DNA of 26,280 nt, taken from positions 1-26,280 of IMG/VR virus record IMGVR_UViG_3300047301_000113; one strand, given 5' to 3'. Under the pieces are notes generated by a model. That model made no database searches, had not been told where the DNA came from, and saw only the letters and a list, made by a program, of their open reading frames with translations. This stretch comes from a virus. Taxonomy: Duplodnaviria; Caudoviricetes. The position numbers and the translations under genes are program-made. Every line of letters starts with the position of its first letter. Positions within the stretch are counted from its first letter, which is position 1. Shown piece after piece: positions 1-6,163 of this stretch.

Positions 1-438
1 TAGTCCTGCGTTACCCATCATGCCGTCTGGCGTAGCTCCAGCATGATCGCCGTACTCAATAAACACTTGATTACTGCCGTGCGCTGAGACAGACAATCCG
101 GTTGCTGCAACAAACGCCGCCACTGCTTCCGCCTCATTGTCAATGCCCCATTGCATATCAGCAGACACGTAGCTGTCAGATGATCCAGGCATAACCAGGC
201 ACTCGGCGACAGTTTCATTTACATACGTTTTTGCTCCATCTGGCAGCTCGGATTTGTTAATGCACGTCATCAGCCGGTAAAACTGCGATGCAGTAAACCT
301 GCCTAGTCGCTGAGCCAACCAATCTGCCCTAATTTCCTCCGCTGTTTTTAATGGCGCGGATTTTTTAAGCGCAACGACGCCAGTTGCCTTAATCATATCT
401 TCAAAGCCGTCCAAACTTAATGCTGCCGCCATGATCAT
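1..438 (-). CDS. YqaJ/lambda-exonuclease family recombination nuclease (5' part; runs off the window)
   Basis: Not in the ORF track; translated by hand: MIMAAALSLDG...WLAQRLGRFTASQFYRLM...MQWGIDNEAEA...HAGATPDGMMG. Shows the W..R....TAS, M.WG...E and GASPDG-like motifs. ATGA overlap with the upstream gene. Confidence 0.9.
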   Translation of the reverse strand, partial: MIMAAALSLDGFEDMIKATGVVALKKSAPLKTAEEIRADWLAQRLGRFTASQFYRLMTCINKSELPDGAKTYVNETVAECLVMPGSSDSYVSADMQWGIDNEAEAVAAFVAATGLSVSAHGSNQVFIEYGDHAGATPDGMMGNAGL

Positions 439-929
439 TGCTCAGTAACAATCAGCGGGATGATTTGCCAGCGATTTGACATTTTGCCGTTGCCTCGATT
501 TTTCTTTTTGCCGATAAAAGCTATTGCGACGGGCGTTAGCGTAGTCATCGGCACAATGTCACCGCGACTAATCGCATCTTTAATGTTGCCTACAAGCACT
601 TTTGAGGCAGAAATATAACGGCACAACTTGTCCTCTTGCTGCTCTAGCATCATGACGCACTCGACCGAGCCGATCTCTCCAGTGTCCATATTTGGCACAT
701 CGTGATAGCTAACACCGGCAATGTAAACCAACTTTTCTTCCCCCTCAGCCACTGGGGACCAGTACTCAACTGACATGGGGATAAAGCCTTTGTTTTTTGC
801 TTCCAATTTCGGCAATACTGTTTGAGTGCTGATGTTAGCCTCTCCGATTTGAGCGACTGAAAAGCGCGATACTGTGGCTGTTACAGCAATATCGGCGGCA
901 GGTTTAACGGATAGTTGTTGAGTTGACAT
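435..929 (-). CDS. Hypothetical protein, possible ssDNA-binding/recombination partner of the exonuclease
   Basis: 164-aa ORF, AGGA RBS, translationally coupled to the exonuclease; beta-rich with a basic GKKKNR loop. Function inferred from position only. Confidence 0.7.
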   Translation of the reverse strand: MSTQQLSVKPAADIAVTATVSRFSVAQIGEANISTQTVLPKLEAKNKGFIPMSVEYWSPVAEGEEKLVYIAGVSYHDVPNMDTGEIGSVECVMMLEQQEDKLCRYISASKVLVGNIKDAISRGDIVPMTTLTPVAIAFIGKKKNRGNGKMSNRWQIIPLIVTEQ

Positions 930-993
930 AGATTTATTCCTGTTTTTTTTGTTATTTTAAGTAAGCGCCAAGAGGCCTTGGCACCAGTTGGTT

Positions 994-1143
994 TTAGCAC
1001 TCGCCAGAACCATGGCAAGTGTCACACGCTGTATCGATGTACATGCCTTCGCCTGAGCCGCCGCAGTGCTCGCAGCACTCTCCGGTTCTGTCGTCCATTT
1101 CGTCTGATGCAAAATAGCCGATCAAGCTGATGTCTTCGTCCAT
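994..1143 (-). CDS. 49-aa DnaJ-type zinc-finger microprotein
   Basis: Hand translation MDEDISLIGYFASDEMDDRTGECCEHCGGSGEGMYIDTACDTCHGSGEC; two CxxCxGxG motifs; GGAG RBS upstream. Confidence 0.8.
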   Translation of the reverse strand: MDEDISLIGYFASDEMDDRTGECCEHCGGSGEGMYIDTACDTCHGSGEC

Positions 1144-1153
1144 TTTTCTGCTC

Positions 1154-1336
1154 CTAATGCGCTAGATAAAGCGTTTCGACTACAACAGCATCAAGCATTT
1201 TTGTTTTCGCCAACGCGACTTCGCTTGCGTGATACGCACTAAATGCCTCGATTGTGACAAATGAACTGCTCAGCGTTAAAACCCCTTTCACTGATCTTTC
1301 GCCGGTCAACTGCACTTGATATTTAGCTTTTTCCAT
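1154..1336 (-). CDS. Hypothetical protein (60 aa)
   Basis: GGAG RBS 8 nt upstream of the ATG; lies in the leftward operon. Confidence 0.65.
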   Translation of the reverse strand: MEKAKYQVQLTGERSVKGVLTLSSSFVTIEAFSAYHASEVALAKTKMLDAVVVETLYLAH

Positions 1337-1496
1337 TATCTTTCTCCGCTTTTTTCGCTGGAATTTTTAGCGTCAACACGCCTTGTTGTTCATTGTGCTT
1401 GACCCAATCGACATCAGTGATTGGGGTATTAAGCGTTAAAACCCCTTTCACTGATCTTTCGCCGGTCAACTGCACTTGATATTTAGCTTTTTCCAT
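1272..1496. repeat. Exact 65-bp direct repeat (1272-1336 and 1432-1496)
   Basis: agcgttaaaacccctttcactgatctttcgccggtcaactgcacttgatatttagctttttccat occurs twice with a 160-bp offset. Confidence 0.95.
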
Positions 1497-1508
1497 ATCT
1501 CCATTCAT
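1323..1508 (-). CDS. Hypothetical chimeric protein (61 aa) sharing 22 residues with the downstream ORF
   Basis: GGAGG RBS, ATGA overlap with the upstream gene; contains one copy of the 65-bp repeat. Confidence 0.55.
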   Translation of the reverse strand: MNGDMEKAKYQVQLTGERSVKGVLTLNTPITDVDWVKHNEQQGVLTLKIPAKKAEKDNGKS

Positions 1509-1792
1509 TCATCACCTCCAACACCGTAAAACTTTTCCGCAAATCCTACCCCTGCTTCAAACCCACAATCCCATTCGGTACTCAAAGGATCGCGCTTTGG
1601 TGGCGAGGTGTCACTAAACCCTTGTTTATACCCTTTCTCGTACCATTCAATTTTTATCACTGCTATGTCTGACTCTTGCTTAGATTGGGCGAGCAGTTCT
1701 TCTATCTCCTCACGCAACATATTGCAATTATCTCTATCGCCATCTAAATCTTCCCAGACTTTTCTTAGCAACTCTCTTTCTTTACTTTTCAT
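1505..1792 (-). CDS. Hypothetical phage protein (95 aa)
   Basis: ATGA-coupled on both sides, GAGG RBS. Confidence 0.75.
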   Translation of the reverse strand: MKSKERELLRKVWEDLDGDRDNCNMLREEIEELLAQSKQESDIAVIKIEWYEKGYKQGFSDTSPPKRDPLSTEWDCGFEAGVGFAEKFYGVGGDE

Positions 1793-1989
1793 AATTCCTC
1801 ACTCAAAGGCTCGCATTCTGGTAGTGACGTGTAAACAATTCGCACAGTTGCACTCCCCATGCGCTTGTTGTAATCATAGCTTTGCTTTTTTTGGTCAATC
1901 CAAGAGCCATCCGGCTTTTGATACTGATAAATTTCCACAGGCCCTACCTTATTCCCAACCTGGTCATCATATTCTCCGATTGTCCACAT
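1789..1989 (-). CDS. Hypothetical phage protein (probable start MWTIGEY at 1989)
   Basis: ORF 1789..2037 in the track; the ATG at 1989 minimises overlap with the upstream gene. Start uncertain. Confidence 0.55.
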   Translation of the reverse strand: MWTIGEYDDQVGNKVGPVEIYQYQKPDGSWIDQKKQSYDYNKRMGSATVRIVYTSLPECEPLSEEL

Positions 1990-2182
1990 GATCGCTACCA
2001 AGCTTGTCAGTAGCACTAACGCCAGCACTGCTACCAAACATCAGTATCGCGGCAACAACAACAATAAAAACAAACGTCACAAACGCAATCAGCATGCGAG
2101 ACATCAGATGACTAAAGCTCAACTCATCGTCAAAATGAGATTGATTTTGTTTTTGATCGACCATGATAATTTTAATTGGCAT
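1967..2182 (-). CDS. Small single-pass membrane protein
   Basis: AAGGA RBS; hydrophobic stretch LIAFVTFVFIVVVAAILMF. Confidence 0.65.
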   Translation of the reverse strand: MPIKIIMVDQKQNQSHFDDELSFSHLMSRMLIAFVTFVFIVVVAAILMFGSSAGVSATDKLGSDHVDNRRI

Positions 2183-2197
2183 AATAATCCTTGGTTG

Positions 2198-2920
2198 TTA
2201 GTTAACGCCCGAGATCAGCATCTCAGACAACTTTGTAATGCCCTTAGGTAGCAGCAGCACTTGCTCAACCACTTTTTCACTGCCGTCTGAGCGCGTTACG
2301 GTGGTGATTTTGTGCTCGACTAGCCCTTGCTGGATTTTGTCTTGATAGCCCAACCAGTTTTTGCCCCCTGCGCGCTTGTAGATCCAATGCACTTCTTGCA
2401 AAAATGAAAACAGTTTTTTGGGCTGCATTTTTAACGCTTTGGCGGAATCCGTAATGCACTGGGAACCTTCGCTGGATGAAATCCTGTCAAGCGCGTTGGC
2501 CTTTGGCTCTAGAATTTTTACAGTTGATTCCAGGGCTATTACTTTTTCCGTGTACGTTAGCAATAATCCTCGCATCATCCCCGCGTCACTCAATACCGTG
2601 GCGTAGTCAAACGCAGGCTTTTGCTCCAGCTCCGTCATACGATCATACACAGCCGCCTGCACTTTGTAGTTTTCAGACATCACCATCAAATTTGCTTCGC
2701 GCTTAGGGAGGGCGTAGCATGGTTTTTCCCGTTTGTAAGCGTCAAAATAGATGGCGTTAAATTTTACGGCATCTTTTATGCCTAATACTTTTACTATCTT
2801 TTTCATAAAGTTATCATGCGCTAAAACAGCCGCATCCGCTTCACGCATGTCATTAATGATTTTCACGATCTCAGTTGAGAGCATGGTTTTTGCTGTTGTT
2901 AATGTTGTTAATCCACTCAT
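2198..2920 (-). CDS. Phage antirepressor (Rha-like N-terminus plus KilAC/ANT C-terminus)
   Basis: N-terminal TMLSTEI...HDNFMKKI...Y.D...REKPCY.L; C-terminal LEPKANALDRI...ITDSAKAL...LFSFL...WIYKR...YQDKIQQG...PKGITKL. GAGG RBS. Confidence 0.9.
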   Translation of the reverse strand: MSGLTTLTTAKTMLSTEIVKIINDMREADAAVLAHDNFMKKIVKVLGIKDAVKFNAIYFDAYKREKPCYALPKREANLMVMSENYKVQAAVYDRMTELEQKPAFDYATVLSDAGMMRGLLLTYTEKVIALESTVKILEPKANALDRISSSEGSQCITDSAKALKMQPKKLFSFLQEVHWIYKRAGGKNWLGYQDKIQQGLVEHKITTVTRSDGSEKVVEQVLLLPKGITKLSEMLISGVN

Positions 2921-2947
2921 TTAAACATCCTCATTAGATTAATAAAT

Positions 2948-3339
2948 GCCCGATTCTCACGGGCTTGGTATCTGATACACAATCAGGATGTGTGATAATA
3001 CCTAGTGTCTGCCTATAAAAATTAACCCTTGTTTATAAAGGATAATTTTTATAAAAGCCGCTTACGGTTGCGGCACCAAGCCTTTCGGTTTGGTCGTAGA
3101 AACATCGGCCCCTTTGCTGGTTAGAGCGGAGGAAATTCCGTTTACTGGGCCATGCCCCATCTTGAACTTATATCCCGAGTTTCAAGTACGGTGGAAAAAC
3201 AACTTAGTAAAACCGACTGGCTTGTGTTCATGCGTAAAATCACTAAAAACAACATGGACTGCACGGCTCTTTTTTCGGTGGTCGTGGACACCGGCCAATC
3301 GATTTTTTAAAACACCCTTTATAAAGATGCTTTAAAAAA
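2948..3339 (-). other. Structured non-coding leader with two long AU-rich stems (about 3013-3053 and 3303-3339) and several small hairpins
   Basis: Minus-strand TTTTTTAAAGCATCTTT-ATA-AAGGGTGTTTTAAAAAA pairs fully only as minus-strand RNA, using G-U pairs. TATAAAAATTATCCTTT...AAGGGTTAATTTTTATA is similar. Confidence 0.6.
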
Positions 3340-3354
3340 CCCCGCGTCTGCGGG
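3334..3354 (-). terminator. Intrinsic terminator after the first pL gene (tL1-like)
   Basis: Minus strand CCCGC-AGAC-GCGGG-G-TTTTTT. Confidence 0.7.
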
Positions 3355-3386
3355 AAAGAGGATTCCGCTAATGAGGTCGGAATGGG

Positions 3387-4091
3387 TTAAGCGATTTTCT
3401 TGACTGGCTCTATCGCCGATATAAAACCACTGACTTCTTTATGCAAAAGTGACTTGCGGTCTTCATAAGGAATCTTTGCGCCGATTAATACAGAGTTGCG
3501 GTTTTCGATCTTTGCTAATAGGGTCAGTTCATCAAGGCTTAATGAATCACGATCTCGGCCTTCATAGCTTCCGGTTATGACAAAATTAACCATCCTTGCT
3601 TCATTAGAAAAATGGTAAGACTTTATAACTTTACCGTCTTGCTCCCTAGTAAACTGAACCATGTCGGATTGAAGCTTGTAAGTTGCCGATGAAATATGAC
3701 GAAGCTTTTTTCGATCAAGCTCCATTAATTTTCCAGTTGCGTAGTCGTCGAATACTTTGTAAACCTTAAATTTGAACTCAGGACTTAACCATGCTGCATA
3801 GTCATAAACAAGTTCTTTGCAAACGTAAGTGCCTGAGGCTTTGCCGCCCTTTTTTACTGAAGTTGGAGCTAAGCAGGAATTCTTGCTTAGGTTTTCTTCC
3901 ATAGACATAAAGGCGTTATCCCGCCCTTTTAAATATTCAACCCCTTCTTGTGTTGATTTGTTATTTAACCAAAAAGATGGACGCTTGGTGTTTTCGCTCC
4001 CACTCGCTCTCCATAAATCGGTCAGCGAATAACGACCCTCTGCATCCTGGTGGATGGCAATACTGTCAATTTCAATAATGTTTTTGGGCAT
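3387..4091 (-). CDS. KilA-N domain DNA-binding protein
   Basis: IHQDAEGRYSLTDLWRASG...RPSFWL...GG...GTYVCKELVYDYAAWLSPEFKFKVYKVF. Start moved to ATG 4091 (GGAG RBS, downstream of pL). Confidence 0.92.
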   Translation of the reverse strand: MPKNIIEIDSIAIHQDAEGRYSLTDLWRASGSENTKRPSFWLNNKSTQEGVEYLKGRDNAFMSMEENLSKNSCLAPTSVKKGGKASGTYVCKELVYDYAAWLSPEFKFKVYKVFDDYATGKLMELDRKKLRHISSATYKLQSDMVQFTREQDGKVIKSYHFSNEARMVNFVITGSYEGRDRDSLSLDELTLLAKIENRNSVLIGAKIPYEDRKSLLHKEVSGFISAIEPVKKIA

Positions 4092-4134
4092 ATCAATCTC
4101 CAGTTCAGTTTCAGCGGTTGGGCTGATGGTTAGT

Positions 4135-4179
4135 ATTATTCGCCGATAGCGAATTAATGTCAACAGCCAATAGCGAATT
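4135..4179 (-). promoter_or_regulatory. pL promoter with two operators (4139-4153, 4163-4177)
   Basis: TTGACA (4163-4158), 17 bp, AATAAT (4140-4135). Operators TTCGCTATCGGCGAA and TTCGCTATTGGCTGT match the pair at pR. Confidence 0.85.
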
Positions 4180-4244
4180 ATTTCAAAAATAAATCACCCA
4201 AGGCGGGCTTTACACTTATTAATACACGCTAAATTTTAGGCAAC

Positions 4245-4267
4245 AAAAAACCCGCCGGAGCGGGTTT
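4245..4267 (-). terminator. Intrinsic terminator of the immunity (cI) transcript
   Basis: Minus strand AAACCCGC-TCCG-GCGGGTTT-TTTGTTG. Confidence 0.8.
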
Positions 4268-4325
4268 GGGGGGGGATTTTGGGCAATAAATGCCACTGCA
4301 AGTTATTACTTAACTATTTAATTAA

Positions 4326-4526
4326 AGCAAGTATGACGCTGAGCTGGATGTTGCTGTGCTTGAAAATAAACAAAGAATTGTCACGCTAACTGCGGTTTTT
4401 AAAGCGCTTGATAGACCCATTCGTGGTAATTCGCGTTTGATCAACATGCCTACATTTATGGATGCAAAGAACCTACAGCCCTTTATTGGCGCAGACTTAA
4501 GCGGTGTGATCAACTATGAGGCTTAG
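4326..4526 (+). pseudogene. Fragment of the N-terminal region of a P63C-domain phage protein
   Basis: Hand translation ...DAELDVAVLENKQRIVTLTAVFKALDRPIRGNSRLINMPTFMDAKNLQPFIGADLSGVINYEA*. Resembles P63C-protein N-termini from memory; no start codon at the 5' end; early stop. Confidence 0.7.
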
Positions 4527-4672
4527 CGATCACTTTCTCTGGCTTCACTTTTACCCACGTCATCTATCTCATCCGCAATATGCTCCAGATCCAGCAGCTC
4601 AAAACGACCAGCGCGAATAAAACCGGCCTGTTCCTGCGCCCACGCAACAATATCCTGGTTATACGTTGTCAC
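4523..4672 (-). pseudogene. Truncated DUF29 family gene (49 aa)
   Basis: AAGGA RBS, GTG start, MTTYNQDIVAWAQEQAGFIRAGRFELLDLEHIADEIDDVGKSEARESDR*. This is the typical DUF29 N-terminus; the LLKW..Q part is missing. Confidence 0.85.
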
Positions 4673-4768
4673 TTTTAATCCTTATATCGATCATACATGC
4701 TGAGCATCTCGCTAAAGCTCAAGCTCAGTGCAAGCTTATGCTCACAAGCGTAATCACTGCACCCCACT

Positions 4769-5194
4769 TTATCCGTTATTAAGCATGGTTTTTTTTACAG
4801 TTTTCACCCCCCCCCCCACATTTTCTGTTGCGGGTGTCAAGGGTTTATTTTCGTTATTTTGGGGTTTATTTTGGGATAACTGATAAATCATTCCGCTCAC
4901 TAATTCCCGTTGCTCATTAGTAAGCCCATTCACATTGACGTAACCTTGCAGGTCAGTCTCTTTGCTTTGTAATGATAAATCTTTTCCAGTCAATAGCCAC
5001 ACAACACAGCAATTAAGTTTTTTAGCTATATCAAGAGCCGTGTCCATAGACGGCAATTTTTCACCATTTACCCAGTCGCTAACGGTCGCTTGTGAACAAC
5101 CAAGCCGCATAGCAAGTTCCTTTTGATTCTTTGGTGGCGCGCCCGATTCTTTCCATGCCCGCTTAAATCGGGCTGCATATTCAGGATATTTCAT
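4769..5194 (-). CDS. cI: CI-like XRE-family repressor, 141 aa, no S24 peptidase domain
   Basis: HTH NQKELAMRLGCSQATVSDWVNGEKLP...IAKKLNCCVVWLLTG; divergent from cro. Start moved to ATG 5194. Confidence 0.88.
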   Translation of the reverse strand: MKYPEYAARFKRAWKESGAPPKNQKELAMRLGCSQATVSDWVNGEKLPSMDTALDIAKKLNCCVVWLLTGKDLSLQSKETDLQGYVNVNGLTNEQRELVSGMIYQLSQNKPQNNENKPLTPATENVGGGVKTVKKTMLNNG

Positions 5195-5267
5195 AAGCTC
5201 ATTATCAACTAAATTCAATTCGCTATTAACTGTTGCTTTTAATTCGCTATCGGCTAATAATAGACAC
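5195..5267. promoter_or_regulatory. Divergent pRM/pR control region with two operators (5219-5233, 5243-5257)
   Basis: pR: TTGCTT (5233-5238), 17 bp, AATAAT (5256-5261). pRM on minus strand: TTAATA, 17 bp, GATAAT (5206-5201). Operators TTCGCTATTAACTGT and TTCGCTATCGGCTAA. Confidence 0.85.
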
Positions 5268-5480
5268 ATGAGCATATTCCTAAAGATTACAGAAAATTAC
5301 GGCAACCAAGAAAAAGCGGCGCGTGCGCTGGGCGTAGCGCCATCAACTTTTTCAGACTGGGTTGCAGGTAAAAAAATACCTAACAAAAAAAACATTCGAG
5401 TACTTATTAGCGCTGGATTCACAGCTAATGAGATAGTGGAAACATGCTTTAACACCGGCTCATCAGATGCCGACCTTTAA
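5268..5480 (+). CDS. cro: Cro-like HTH regulator
   Basis: YGNQEKAARALGVAPSTFSDWVAGKKIP; 70 aa; divergent from cI. Confidence 0.88.
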   Translation: MSIFLKITENYGNQEKAARALGVAPSTFSDWVAGKKIPNKKNIRVLISAGFTANEIVETCFNTGSSDADL

Positions 5481-5506
5481 AATCTGACATAAAAGAGACC
5501 ATCAAC

Positions 5507-5695
5507 ATGGCAAGAGACCTCCGAGAAGAGACCAATTTTAACGCTCAAGAATGGGCGCTGTTCAAAAAAGGCGCGGAGTCAGTAGGCCTGACCAAAGCGA
5601 CTTTTTTACGATTTGCCGCGCTCCAGGTTGCCGAGAAGTATATGCGCGAAGACGCTAAAAAGGCAGCCGAAAGAATCTCGGAATTTGACCGATAG
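5507..5695 (+). CDS. Small DNA-binding protein, probable ribbon-helix-helix, at the cII position
   Basis: Strand then EWALFKKGAESVGLTKATFLRFAAL, an RHH-like pattern. Confidence 0.65.
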   Translation: MARDLREETNFNAQEWALFKKGAESVGLTKATFLRFAALQVAEKYMREDAKKAAERISEFDR

Positions 5696-5709
5696 GTGCT
5701 AATACCTAC

Positions 5710-5982
5710 ATGAAAAACTGCTGCCTTGATTGCACCGACTTCACTAAAGACACCATCGGTTTTGGTGCAGGCATTGGACGCTGTGAATCGTATGAAGCGG
5801 GACTGTTAAAGAATCCCAGTGCTACACAAATCAAACAAGCCAGGATGGCGAGAGGAAATGCCCCGGACTATGGAGTGTTCTGGGGCGGTACGGGGAAAAG
5901 GAGCTGTAAGAAATTTCAAGCAAAAAAAAAGCCCTGCATCCGAGAAGATTCACAGGGCTTTAAAATTCAACTAACGAGGTAA
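5710..5982 (+). CDS. Hypothetical Cys-containing protein
   Basis: AGGTG RBS; CCLDC...GIGRC...C..F pattern, possibly metal-binding. Confidence 0.7.
   Translation: MKNCCLDCTDFTKDTIGFGAGIGRCESYEAGLLKNPSATQIKQARMARGNAPDYGVFWGGTGKRSCKKFQAKKKPCIREDSQGFKIQLTR
5922..5975 (-). ncRNA. Putative OOP-like antisense small RNA
   Basis: Minus-strand extended -10 TGGTATAAT (5990-5982), followed by AAGCCCTGTG...GCAGGGC-TTTTTTTTT terminator; same position as lambda oop. Confidence 0.55.
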
Positions 5983-5989
5983 TTATACC

Positions 5990-6163
5990 ATGAATACAGA
6001 GATTGAAAAGGCTATATCGAGCCGGGTTAGCATGGCGCTGGTGCATTTGCAGCAAGGCCAGGTGTGTGAGTGCGAGCGGCTGTTAAGACAGCTTAAAGCG
6101 GTACTGCTCCAGCCTGAATTAAGGCATGTTAAGGCGGCTAAGGTCAGCGGAGTAACGCTATGA
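5990..6163 (+). CDS. Hypothetical protein (57 aa)
   Basis: Hand translation MNTEIEKAISSRVSMALVHLQQGQVCECERLLRQLKAVLL...; GAGGT RBS; ATGA overlap with the initiator gene. Confidence 0.65.
   Translation: MNTEIEKAISSRVSMALVHLQQGQVCECERLLRQLKAVLLQPELRHVKAAKVSGVTL

Noticed and set aside
18-218. 66-aa minus-strand ORF
   Set aside because: Alternative frame inside the exonuclease gene.
1272-1496. Repeat as CRISPR array, DGR template/variable pair or att site
   Set aside because: Only two identical copies within coding sequence; no adenine-specific differences, and no reverse transcriptase, cas or integrase gene in the window.
2972-2986. CTGATACACAATCAG as a LexA box for the antirepressor
   Set aside because: CTG-N9-CAG rather than N10, and a poor match to the consensus.
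3056-3335. tRNA, C4 RNA or the 81-aa plus-strand ORF
   Set aside because: No cloverleaf or T-loop, no C4 motifs recognised; the ORF is antisense to the operon with no RBS.
4092-4163. Longer TTG start for the KilA-N gene
   Set aside because: That TTG is the pL -35 box; ATG 4091 has the RBS.
4322-4513. 63-aa minus-strand ORF
   Set aside because: Most likely the antisense shadow of the P63C-like fragment; no recognisable features.
4701-4744. TGAGCAT...ATGCTCA inverted repeat after cI
   Set aside because: Only 7-bp arms with no U-tract; function cannot be supported.
5195-5275. Extended cI N-terminus in the ORF track
   Set aside because: Runs across the operators and into cro.
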